From Squalus acanthias (taxonomy: Eukaryota): a DNA stretch of 64,000 nt. Made by a program: the position numbers and the translations under genes. Positions 36,305 through 47,157 of the stretch are shown here, in pieces (position 1 is the first letter of the stretch; every line of letters starts with the position of its first letter). The stretch is taken from assembly GCA_030390025.1 (NCBI GenBank), contig CM059432.1, forward strand, positions 46,316,001-46,380,000. The letters are read 5' to 3'. The notes under the pieces are model-generated. The model made no database searches. It saw only the letters and a program-made list of their open reading frames with translations, and had not been told where the DNA came from.

Positions 36305-37669
36305 TTATGATCTAAAATTGTTGAACTCGATGTTGAGTCCAGAGGGCTGTAGAGTGCCTAAACGAAAGATGAGGTGCTGTTCCTTGAGCTTACGCTGAGC
36401 TTCCGTGGAACAGTGTAATAGGCCGAGTACGGTGAGGTCAGAGTGGGAGTGGAGCGGAGAATTAAAGTGACAGGCCACCGGGAGTTCGGGGTACCCCTTA
36501 CGGACTGAACGGAGGTGTTCCGCAAAGCCGTCACCCAATCTGCGTTTGGTCTCCCCAATGTAGAGGAGACCACATCGTGAGCAGCGAATACAGTATACTA
36601 AATTGCAGGAAGTACAAGTAAATCGCTGTTTCACCTGGAAGGGGTGTTTGGGGCCCTGGACAGTGGGAAGAGGGGAGGTATAAGGGCATGTGTTGCATCT
36701 CTTGCGCTTGCACGGGAAGGTGCCGGGCGAAGGGGAAGGGCTGTTGAGGGTGATTGAGGAGTGGACCAGGGTGTCACAGAGGGAGCAGTCCCTGTGGAAT
36801 GTTGAAAGGGGAGGTGAGGGGAAGATGCATTTGGTGATGGGATCACGCTGGAGGTGGCGGAAATGGCGGAGGATGATCCGTTGAATGTGAAGGCTGGTGG
36901 GGTGAAAGGTGAGGACAAGGGGAACTCTATCTTGGTTCCGGGAGGGAGGGGCAGGGGTGAGGGCAGAAGTGCGGGAGATAGAACGGACACGGTCGAGGGC
37001 CGTGTCAACCACAGTAGAGGGGAATCCTCGGTTGAGGAAAAAGGAAGACATGTCGGAAGCACTGGTATGGAAGGTGGCATCGTCAGAGCAGATGCGGCAG
37101 AGATGGAGAAACTGGGAGAATGGAATAGAGTCCTTACAGGAGGCGGGGTGGGAGGAAATGTAGTCCAGGTAGCTGTGGGAGTCAGTGGGCTTGTAATGAA
37201 TGTTAGTCAATAACCTATCCCCAGAGATGGAGACGGAGAAGTCGAGGAAGGGAAGGGAAGAGTCGGAGATGGACCATGTGAAGGTGAGGGAAAGGTGGAA
37301 ATTGGAAGCATAGTGAATGAAATGTTCTAGTACAGGGCGAGAGCAGGAGACGGCACTGATACCGTCATCAATGTACTGGAAAAAGAGGTGAGGGAGGGGA
37401 CCCGAGTAGGACTGGAACAAAGAGTGTTCCACATATCCCACGAAAAGGCAGGCATAGCTAGGACCCATGCGGGTACCCATAGCAACACCTTTGATTTGGA
37501 GGAAATGGGTGGAGTCAAAGGAGAAGTTGTTCAATGTGAGAACAAATTCAGCCAGGTGGAGGAGCGTGGTGGTGGATGGGGACTGGTTGGGCCTCTGTTC
37601 AAGGAAGAAGCGGAGCGCCCTCAGGCCATCCTGGTGGGGAATGGAGGTGTAGAGGGATTGTACGTCCAT
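36305..37669 (-). pseudogene. PLE reverse transcriptase + GIY-YIG endonuclease ORF (open 454-aa segment; upstream part disrupted)
   Basis: MDVQSLYTSIPH, GVAMGTRMGPSYACLFVG, YIDD; LVYCIRCSRCGLLYIGETKRRL. Confidence 0.92.
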
Positions 37670-39233
37670 AGTGAAAAGGAGGCGGTTGGGGCAGGGAAAC
37701 TGGAAACTGTTAAAGTGGCGGAGGGCGTCGGAAGAGTCGCGGATGTAGGTGGGAAGAGACTGGACAAGGGGAGAAAAAATAGAGTCGAGATAGGAAGAGA
37801 TAAGTTCCGTAGGGCAAGAACAGGCTGAAACGATGGGTCTACCGGGGCAGTCCTGTTTGTGGATCTTGGGAAGGAGTTAGAAGCGGGCTGTGCGGGGTTG
37901 GGGAACTATGAGGTTGGCGGCCGTGGGGGGGAAGGTCTCCAGAGGAGATGAGGTCAGTGACGGTCTTGGAAATGGTGGCTTGATGTTCGGTAGTGGGGTC
38001 ATTGTCCAGGTGGAGGAAGGAGGAGGTGTCGGAGAGTTGGCGTTTAGCTTCCACTAGGTAGAGGTCGGTACGCCAAACAACAACAGCACTACCCTTGTCA
38101 GCAGGTTTAATGACAATGTCGGGGTTGGATCTGAGGTAATAGAGTGCTGCAAGTTCAGAGGGAGGTAGGTTGGAGTGAGAGAGGGAAGCAGAGAAATTGA
38201 GACGGCCGATGTCACGGCGGCAATTAGCAATGAAAAGATCTAGAGAGGGTAAGAGGCCAGAGGGAGGAGTCCAGGTAGAACGGGAATTCTGAAAGCAGGA
38301 GAAAGGGTCAGCCGTGCGGGGGGAAGACTCCTGGCCAAAGAAGTGGGCACAGAGGCGAAGGTGGCGGAAAAAGAGCTCAGCATCGTGCCGAGCTCGAAAT
38401 TCATTGAGGTGGGGCCGTAAGGGGATGAAGCTCAGGCCTTTGCTGAGGACTGATCATTCGGGGTCAGAAAGGGGAAGGTCAGAAGGGATAGTGAAAACGC
38501 GGCAGGGGGTGAGATTGGGAGAAGGGGGGTCAGACGAAAGTGAAGGGGAAGAAGGTTCCAGAGGGGCATTGGTGTTCAAGAATTGATGAAACTTGCGATC
38601 CTTGACATCAGAAAGGAAGAAAAAAAGTTTTTTGTTAAAGCGTCGAAGGATGAAATGGAACTGTGGACCCGGACAGCTTTGAGATAGAGTGCGCCGGTGC
38701 TGCTGAAGAGAGAGGTCGAGAGTGTTCATGTGGCGCCGCATGGCATTGAGCGTGGATCTCAAGATGCGGCGAGAGCAGTAGTTCGAGGAATGATGAATAT
38801 CTTGGAGATATCTTGGAGAGCTGATCTGTACTTGGACTTCACACACCAAAACTGAGCGGCACAGACTGATCTGAATCAAAGCGAGAGATCGCACATGGGG
38901 CAGTGCGCTCAGTTTTTGGGGCACTTCTCATGGGACACTCCATAAAGGAAAGTTTAGAATTGTACAGGAGGAGGCCTTTCATCTCCCAGTGCTAGCGCTC
39001 TTATAACCCCATTCCCCTCAAAAAAGATTTTTTTATATTCCTCCTTTTCAAATATATATCCCATTCCCTTTGACATGAAGAGTTAGGCTGCGATCTTACC
39101 TGAAGAGGCGAGTTGGGAGCAGGTCAGCTGACTTGCGGGTTCTGATCCGCCCCCAACGACGCCCGACGCACAGATGCTATTTTGTGTCAATTGGCCTTGT
39201 TAAGCCCGCCCTGTGGGCTTGCCGGCCGATTAA

Positions 39234-40424
39234 GATGTGTATTTGGATTTCCAGAAGGCATTCAATAAGGTGCCACATAAAAGGTTACTACAGAAGATAA
39301 GAGATCACGGGGTTGGGGGTAATATGGATCGAGGATTGGCTAACTGACAGAAAACAGAGTTGGGGTAAATGGGTCATTTTCAGGTTGGCAAACTGTAACT
39401 AGTGGGGTGCCGCAGGGATCAGTGTTGGGGCCTCAACTATTTACAATCTATATTAATGACTTGGATGAAGGGACTGAGTGTAATGTAGCCAAATTTGCTG
39501 ATGATACAAAGATAGGTGGAAAAACAAATTGTGTGGAGGATGCAAAAAATCTCCAAAGGGATATAGATAGGCTAAGTGAGTGGGCAAAAATCTGGCAGAT
39601 GGAGTTTAATGTGGGAAAATGCAAGGTTATCCACTTTGGTAGGAAAAATAAAAAAGCAAATTATTATTTAAATGGAGAGAGATTACAGAATGCTGAGGTA
39701 CAGAGGGATCTGGGGGTCCTTGTACATGAATCATAAAAAGTTAGCATGCAGGTACAGCAAGTAATTAGGAAGGCAAATGGAATGTTGGCCTTTATTGCAA
39801 AGGGAATGGTGTATAAAAGCAGGGAAGTCCTGTTACAACTGTACAGGGTGTTGGTGAGACCACACCTGGAGTACTGCGTACAGTTTTGGTCTCCTTATTT
39901 AAGGAAGGATATACTTGCATTGGAAGCAGTTCAGAGAAGGTTCACGAGGTTGATTTTGGAGATGAAGGGGTTGTCTTATGAAGAAAGGTTGAGCAGGTTG
40001 GGCCTATACTCATTGGAGTTTAGAAGAATGAGAGGGGATCTTATTGAAACATATAAGATTTTGAAGGGGCTTGACAGGGTAGATGCAGAAAGGATGTTTC
40101 CCCTCGTGGAGGAATCTAGAACTAGGGAGCATAATTTCAGAATAAGGGGAAACCCTTTTAAATCGGAAATGAGGAGGAATTTCTTCTCTGAGAGTCGTGA
40201 ATCTTTGGAATTCTCTTCCCCAGAGAGCTGTGGAGGCTGGGTCATTGAATATATTTATGGTGGAGATAGACAGATTTTGAAAGGTAAGGGAATCAAGTCT
40301 ATGGGGAGCAGGCAGGGAAGTGGAGTTGAGGCCAAGATCAGATCAGCCATGATCTTATTGAATGGCGGAGTAGGCTTGAGCAGCCAAATGACCTACTCCT
40401 GCTCCTATGTCTTATGTTCTTATG
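39234..40424 (+). mobile_element. 5'-truncated CR1 LINE
   Basis: PQGSVLGPQLFTIYINDL, KFADD, RPHLEYCVQFWSP; internal stop at 39734-39736; (ttcttatg) tail. Confidence 0.92.
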
Positions 40425-40654
40425 ATGTGGAGATGCCGGCGTTGGACTGGGGTGGACAAAAATGAGAAGTCGCACAACACCAGGTTATAGTCCAACAGAT
40501 TTATTTAAAATTACAAGCTTTCAGAGCTGTCGCCCCTTCCTCAGGTAGAGTTACTGTCAGAGTAACTCTACCTGAGGAAGGGGCGACAACTCAGAAAGCT
40601 TGTAATTTTAAATAAATCTGTTGGACTATAACCTGGTGTTGTGCGACTTCTCAT
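40425..40654. mobile_element. Fold-back PLE-derived element: ~97-bp inverted arms, 5-nt loop
   Basis: 40460-40556 vs 40562-40656 are reverse-complementary with 2 mismatches; flanked by ttatgttcttatg duplication; same family as 23039-24178. Confidence 0.9.
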
Positions 40655-41467
40655 TTATGTTCTTATGTAAGAGATGTCAGATGACGTCAGTTGATGACGC
40701 GTCATCTGCCGGTTTTCTTAAAGGGGACACGCTCATTTTTGTTTGACAGATGATTTTTCAGTGTTTGACAGCATTGAGGTGCTGCAAACACTGTCAATCA
40801 CTGTACAAAGATGAGCCCTTGCACCCAAGCTCTCTAGAGACTCTCTCCTTAGGATAAAACAGATGGCAGCTGCTGGTGAGGTTACAGAAGTGATCTGTCA
40901 TTGGTGAGAGAGGTTCTCCCAATGAGGTGGGACTACACAAACACTTCAAACCTTATTACCTACAGAAAAGTCGAAATACATTAAAAATGATTTTCCCAGC
41001 ATTTCCTTACCTCTGAAACTCACCAGTGTACCATTGGATCCTTCACACCACTTCTGCAGCTGTCATCAATGAAGAAACACTACAGCAGACTCACAACACG
41101 CCGCACTCACCTGGCATGGAAGCCCGCAGTCGACCTGGCAAAATTGGAAAAAGCCTCTTAACTGCCTGTTAACTACCTGTAAACAAGCAGTTAAGTGGTT
41201 ATAATCCTCTTTCCCCTGATTCTCATTTCCCAGTCTCCATAGCTCCCCCCGAGCCCCCATTCCTCAGGCTCCATCTCTTTCTCCCCCCCCCCCCAAGCCC
41301 CCATTCCCCAGTCTCCATCTTTCCTCTGTTCCCTATTGCTCAGTCTCCCCTTGATCCCCCAGTCTCCTTCTCTTTCCCCACTCTCGAGCCCTCCCCAATT
41401 TTAGAGCCCCCCCCCCCACTGTTTTCACACCTCCCCCCCCAATTTCAGAGACCTCACAAGGACAGAG

Positions 41468-42906
41468 AAGGGGAAGTCATGTTTGACAAATTTGCTGGAG
41501 TTCTTTGAGGAAGTAACATATAGAGTGGATAAAGGGGAACCAGTGGACGTAGTGTATTTAGACTTCCAAAAGGCATTTGACAAGGTGCCACACAAAAGAT
41601 TATTGCTTAAGGTAAAAAATCACGGGATTGGGGGTAATATTCTGGCATGGATAGAGGATTGGCTATCTAACAGAAAGCAAAGAGTTGGGATAAATGGTTC
41701 ATTCTCAGACTGGCAATCAGTAACTAGTGGTGTTCCACAGGGGTCAGTGCTGGGTCCCCAACTCTTCACAATCTATATTAACGATTTGGAGGAAGGGACC
41801 AAGTGTAACATATCAAAATTTGCAGATGATACAAAGATGGGAGGGAAAGTAGTGAGTGAGGAGGACATAAAAAACCTGCAAGGGGACATAGACAGGCTAA
41901 GTAAGTGGGCAGAGATTTGGCAGATGGAATACAACACTGGAAAGTGTGAGGTGATGCACTTTGGCAGGAAAAATCCTAGAGCAATTTATTATCTTAATGG
42001 CAAGAAACTGGAGAGTACTGAAGTGCAAAGGGATCTGGGGGTCCTGGTGCACGAAACTCAAAAGGTTAGTATGCAGGTGCAGCAAGTGATTAAGAAGGCA
42101 AATGGAATGTTGGCTTTCATTGCTAGGGGGATAGAATATAAAAATAGGGAGGTATTGCTTCAGTTGTACAAGGTATTGGTGAGACCGCACCTGGAATACT
42201 GCATACAGTTTTGGTGTCCTTACTTAAGGAAAGACATCCTTGCTCTCGAGGCAGTGCAAAAAAGGTTCACTCGGTTAATCCCGGGGATGAGGGGGTGGTC
42301 ATATGAGGAGAGGTTGGGTAGATTGGGACTCTACTCATTGGAGTTCAGAAGAATGAGAGGCGATCTTATTGAAACATATAAGATTGTGAAGGGGTTGGAT
42401 CGGGTGGATGCGGGGAGGATGTTCCCGATGACGGGTGAGACGAGAACTAGGGGACATAGTCTTAGAATAAGGGGCTGCTCTTTCAAAACTGAGATGAGGA
42501 GGAACTACTTCACTCAGAGGGTGGGATGTCCATGGAATATGCTGCCACAAAAAGCTGTAGAAGCTACAACATTAATTAAATTTAAAACAGAAATAGACAG
42601 TTTCCTAGAAGTAAAGGGCATTAAGGGTTACGGGGAGCGGGCAGGAATTTGGACATGAGTCTAGGTTCGGATCGGTCATGGCCCTGTGGGTAGTGGAGCG
42701 GGCCCAGGGACTGTGTAGCCTGATTCTGCTCCTATTTCGTGTGTGCAATTCTGTTAGATGCAGGAGATGGTTCTGTGATAGATAGTAGATTGGCGGTTAG
42801 GATCAGATCAGCCATGATCTTATTGAATGGCGGAGCAGGCTCGAGGGGCCGATTGGCCTACTCCTGCTCCTATTTCTTATGTTCTTATGTTCTTATGTTC
42901 TTATGT
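41468..42906 (+). mobile_element. Young 5'-truncated CR1 LINE with uninterrupted RT ORF (41483-42658) and doubled 3' UTR
   Basis: 391 codons without a stop: YLDFQKAFDKVPH, PQGSVLGP, FADD; tail (ttcttatg)x4. Confidence 0.95.
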
Positions 42907-44162
42907 CCCCGAATGGACATGCGTGATTCCCGAGCCTCCCAGTTCCCGACTCTAGCATCACCTGGCCGACTGCGCTCCATGTGGTTGCGGCTCTCTGCGG
43001 TGGTGGTTGGGTGACATCACCGAGCCTGAGGCTTTAAAAGCAGCTGGTGACATCACGGAAGGGTGGGGGGACACGGCGGCGGGAAATTTAAATCGCTGAT
43101 CTCCCGGGCTGCTGGAGGCAGAGCTTGGGAAAAATACCCTCAATTCCAGAACCGCTCGGTCATTCCGGGAGGGTTAGGAACCCTATATGCAGCATAGCAT
43201 TAATGCTGTGTCGTAGTGGCAGGTAACTTGCTCCCAGGCATTCACCGATGTCAGCGACTGAGTAAAGTGGACCAAGGCTGTGCCTCCTTCTAATTTTCCC
43301 TCCAAGCTTGTACGAAGCAACACCAGGCCCTTACCCCACATTGGCATGACTGACATCAGGAATTCAGCGAAGTAGAAAGTTTGAGCATGTGTTCCACATT
43401 TCCATGGTGCTGTTCCTTAATGTTGCAGCATACCACAACACTACCAACTTCTTGTAACTTTGTAACTTCAAATTCATAAAGCTGTAATACAAGACTAACC
43501 TGAATGTAAAACTGGTCTTGGATTGTTCACAGTTTGCATCCTGTTGTCGGTTGTCTTTTTTCCCCTTTTATTCTCCTCTCTCCTGAAAACAGTGGTACTC
43601 TGGTATTTCATTTAAATGGCCATTCTTTATGTGGAAGTCTTGGAAGTGAGTGTTAGTAAGCTATTCAGCTGCAGGAGGCACCACGGTCAAGCTTGAAAAC
43701 TGTCACACCCGGCATCCGAATATGGGCATCATCCTAAAGGAGGGGGGAGGGATCACTGGACAATGATCAGGGGCAGGAACCCTGAGATCAGCTACCTCAG
43801 CATTGAACCAACATCCTTCCTGGCCTATTTTGCTGATTACCATATCACACAATGCATTTGTTGATAGAGCTAATGGGGAACACCCAATAATTCAGTGATT
43901 TTCTTTCTGGCATAGAAAGTCTGATGGTTACCATATAAATAACAGTCACTAGGTAATTGCAGGCTCCTCAGTGAGTGGTACTCCTATTTTTCACCTCTAC
44001 ATGACCAAGAATTAAAGTTTTGACCAGAAGAACAGTGCAAATATGTGACCTCCATTAAATAATGACATAAAATAGGTGATCAGACCATTTTATCAATAAT
44101 AAAGTCTTTTCTCGTTGTCAATAAAACATGTATTACTTGATGAAAATGCCCCATTGATTACC

Positions 44163-47157
44163 TTTGTAGATGGAAATTACAAAGAGTTATTAATAGATTA
44201 AGCGAATCAGCAAAACTGTGGCAAATGGATTTCAATGTAGGCAAATGTGAGGTCATCCACTTTGGACCTAAAAAGGATAGAACAGAGTACTTTCTAAATG
44301 TTGAAAAGCTAGAAACGGAGATCCAAAGGGACTTGAGGGTCCATGTACATAGATCATTAAAATGTCATGGACAAGTACAGAACATAAATAATAAGGCTAA
44401 TGGAATGCTGGCCTTTATATCTAGTGGACTGGCATACAAGGGGGTAGAAGTTATGCTACACCTATACAAAGCCCTGGTTAGACCACACCTGGAGTACTGT
44501 GAGCATTTCTAAGCACCATACCTTAGGTAGGATATATTGGCTTTGGAGGGAGTGCAGCGTAGATTTACCAGAATACCTGCACTCCAAAGGTTACATTTTT
44601 AAAAATTCGTTCATGGGATGTGGGCGTCGCTGGCAAGGCCAGCATTTATTGCGCATCCCTAAATGCCCTTGAGAAGGTGGTGGTGAGCTGTTGTCTTGAA
44701 CTCCTGCAGTCCTTGTGGTGAAGGTACACCTACAGTGTTGTTAGGGAGGGAGTTCCAGGATTTTGACCCAGCGACGATGAAGGAATGGCGATATATTTCC
44801 AAGTCAGGATGGTGTGTGACTTGGAGGGGAACTTGCAGGTGATAGTGTTCCCATGTGCCTGCTGCCCTTGTCCTTCTAGGTGGTAGAGGTCGCGGGTATG
44901 GGAGGTGCTGTTGAAGAAGCCTTGGCGAGTTGCTGCAGTGCATCTTGTAGATGGTACACACTGCAGCCACGGTGTGCCGGTGGTGGAGGGAGTGAATGTT
45001 TAAGGTGATGAATGGGTTGCCAATCAAGCGGGCTGCTTTGTCCTGGATGGTGCCGAGCTTCTTGAGTGTTGTTGGAGCTGCACTCATCCAGGCAAGTGGA
45101 GAATATTCCATCAAACTCCTGACTTGTGCCTTGTAGATGGTGGAAATACTTTGGGGAGTCAGGAGGTGAGACATTCGCTGCAGAATGCCCAGCCTCTGGC
45201 CTACTGTTGTTGCCACAGTATTTATGTGGCTGATTCAGTTAAGTTTCTGGTCAATGGTGACCCCCAGGATGTTGATGGTGGGGGATTCGGCAATGGTAAT
45301 GCTGTTGAATGTCAAGGGCCGGTGGTTAGACTCTCGCTTGTTGGAGATAGTCATTGCCTGGCACTTGTGTTATCACTTACTTGCCACTTATCAGCCCAAG
45401 CCTGAATGTTGTCCAGGTCTTGCTGCATGCGGTCATGGACTGCTTCATTATCTGTGGAGTTGCGAATGGAACTGAACATTGTTCATCAGTGAACATTCCC
45501 ACTTCTGACCTTATGATGGAAGGAAGGTCACTGATGAAGCAGCTGAAGATGGTTGGGCCTAGGACACTGCCCTGTGGAACTCCTGCAGCAATGTCTTCCT
45601 TTGTACTAGGTATGACTCCAGCCAGTGGAGAGTTTTCCCCCTGATTCCCATTGTCTTCAATTTTACTAGGGCTCCTTGATGCCACACTTGGTCAAATGCT
45701 GCCTTGATGTCAAGGGCAGTCACTCTCATGTCACCTCTGGAATTCAGCTTTTTTGGCCATGTTTGGACCAAGGCTGTAATGAGGTCTGGAGCCAAGTGGT
45801 CCTGGCGGAACCCAAACTAAGCATCGGTGAGCAAGTTATTGGTGAGTAAGTGCCGCTTGATAGCACTGTTGACGACACCTTCCATCACTTTGCTGATGAT
45901 TGAGAGTAGACTGATGGGGTGGTAATTGGCTGGATTGAATTTGTCCTGCTTTTTGTAGGCATACTTGGGCAGTTTTCCATGTTGTCCAGTGTTGTAGCTG
46001 TACTGGAATAGCTTGGCTAGAGGCACAGCTAGTTCTGGAGCACAAGTCTTCAGCATGACAGCTGGGATGTTGTCGAGGCCCATAGCCTTAGCTGTATCCA
46101 GTGCACTCAGATATTTCTTGATATCATGTGGAGTGAATCGAATTAGCTGAAGACTGGCTTCTGCGATGATAGGGACGTCAGAAGGAGGCCGATATGAATC
46201 ATCCACTCAGCACTTCTGGCTGAAGATGGTTGCAAACGCTCAGTCTTGTCTTTTGCACTCGTGTGCTGGGCTGCGCCATCATTGAGGATGGGGATATTCA
46301 TGGACCCTCCTCTTCCTGTTAGTTGTTTAATTGTCCACCACCATTCACAACTGGATGTGGCAGGACTGCAGAGCTTTGATCCGAGCCGTTGATTGTGGGA
46401 TCGCTTAGCCCTTTCTATAGCATGCTGCTTTCGCTGTTTAGCATGTAGTCCTGTGTTGCAGCTTCCCCAGGTTGGCACTTCATTTTTAGGTATGCCTGGT
46501 GCTGCTCCTGGCATGCTTTTCTGCACTCCTCATTGAACTAGGGTTGGTCCCCTGGCTTGATGGTAATGGTGGAGGGATATGCCGGGCCATGAGGTTACAG
46601 ATTGTGGTGGAATACAATTCTGCTGCTGCTGATGGCCCACAGCGCCTCATGGTGCCCAGTTTTGGGCTGCTAGATCTATTCTGAATCTATCCCATTCAGC
46701 ACGGTGGTAGTGCCACACAACACAATGGAGCTTGTCCTCCGTGTGAAGATGAGGAGAGATTACACAAACTAAAGTTGTATTCCTTGGAATTTAGAAGTTT
46801 AAGGGGTGCTTTGATCAAAGTTTTCAAGATATTAAAGGGAACTGATAGGTTAGATAGAGAGAAACTATTTCTGCTGGTTGGGGAGTCTAGGACTGGGGCC
46901 GTAGTCTAAAAATTAGAGCCAGGCCTTTCAGGAGTGAAGTTGGGAAACACTTCTACACGCAAAGGGTGGTAGAAGTTTGGAACTCTCTTCTGTAAACGAC
47001 AATTGATCCTAGACCAATTGTAAATTTTAAAGCTGAGATTGATAGATTTTTGTTAACCAAAGGTATTAAGTGATATTAGGTCACAGATCAGCCACGATCT
47101 CACTGAATGGCGGAACAGGCCCGAGGGACCAAATGGCCTACTCCTGTTCCTATGTTC
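44163..47157 (+). mobile_element. CR1 LINE (same subfamily as 7267-8987) split by a family-B LINE
   Basis: 44163-44596 and 46750-47157 are collinear with 7590-8987 once the inserts are removed. Confidence 0.88.
44597..46749 (-). mobile_element. CR1-group LINE family B, 5'-truncated, frameshifted ORF2
   Basis: NPANYHPISLLS, ALDIKAAFDQVWH, PQGSVLGPTIFSCFISDL fragments. Confidence 0.9.

Larger units (their letters stand above)
35894..38816 (-). mobile_element. Penelope-like retroelement, 5'-truncated (2.9 kb)
   Basis: Perfect 15-bp TSD agagctgatctgtac (35879-35893, 38817-38831); RT + GIY-YIG coding region; terminal hammerhead. Confidence 0.95.
39084..41200 (+). mobile_element. Decayed Harbinger-family element split by CR1 (39234-40424) and a fold-back PLE
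   Basis: Start ggctgcgatctt; 40670-40850 is the reverse-complement homolog of 6880-7070 (gatgacgcgtcatc...tttcttaaagggg...gaggtgctgcaaacactg...tgcacccaag); right end uncertain. Confidence 0.6.
34502..43185. mobile_element. hAT (Tip100-like termini) element expanded to 8.7 kb by nested insertions
   Basis: TIR tagggttgccaac / gttaggaacccta; 8-bp TSD gatgcagc (34494-34501) / tatgcagc (43186-43193), 7/8 match. Confidence 0.65.

Noticed and set aside
41483..42658. Functional or domesticated reverse transcriptase gene
   Set aside because: 5'-truncated inside the RT domain, starts at TTG, no promoter; simply a young CR1 copy.
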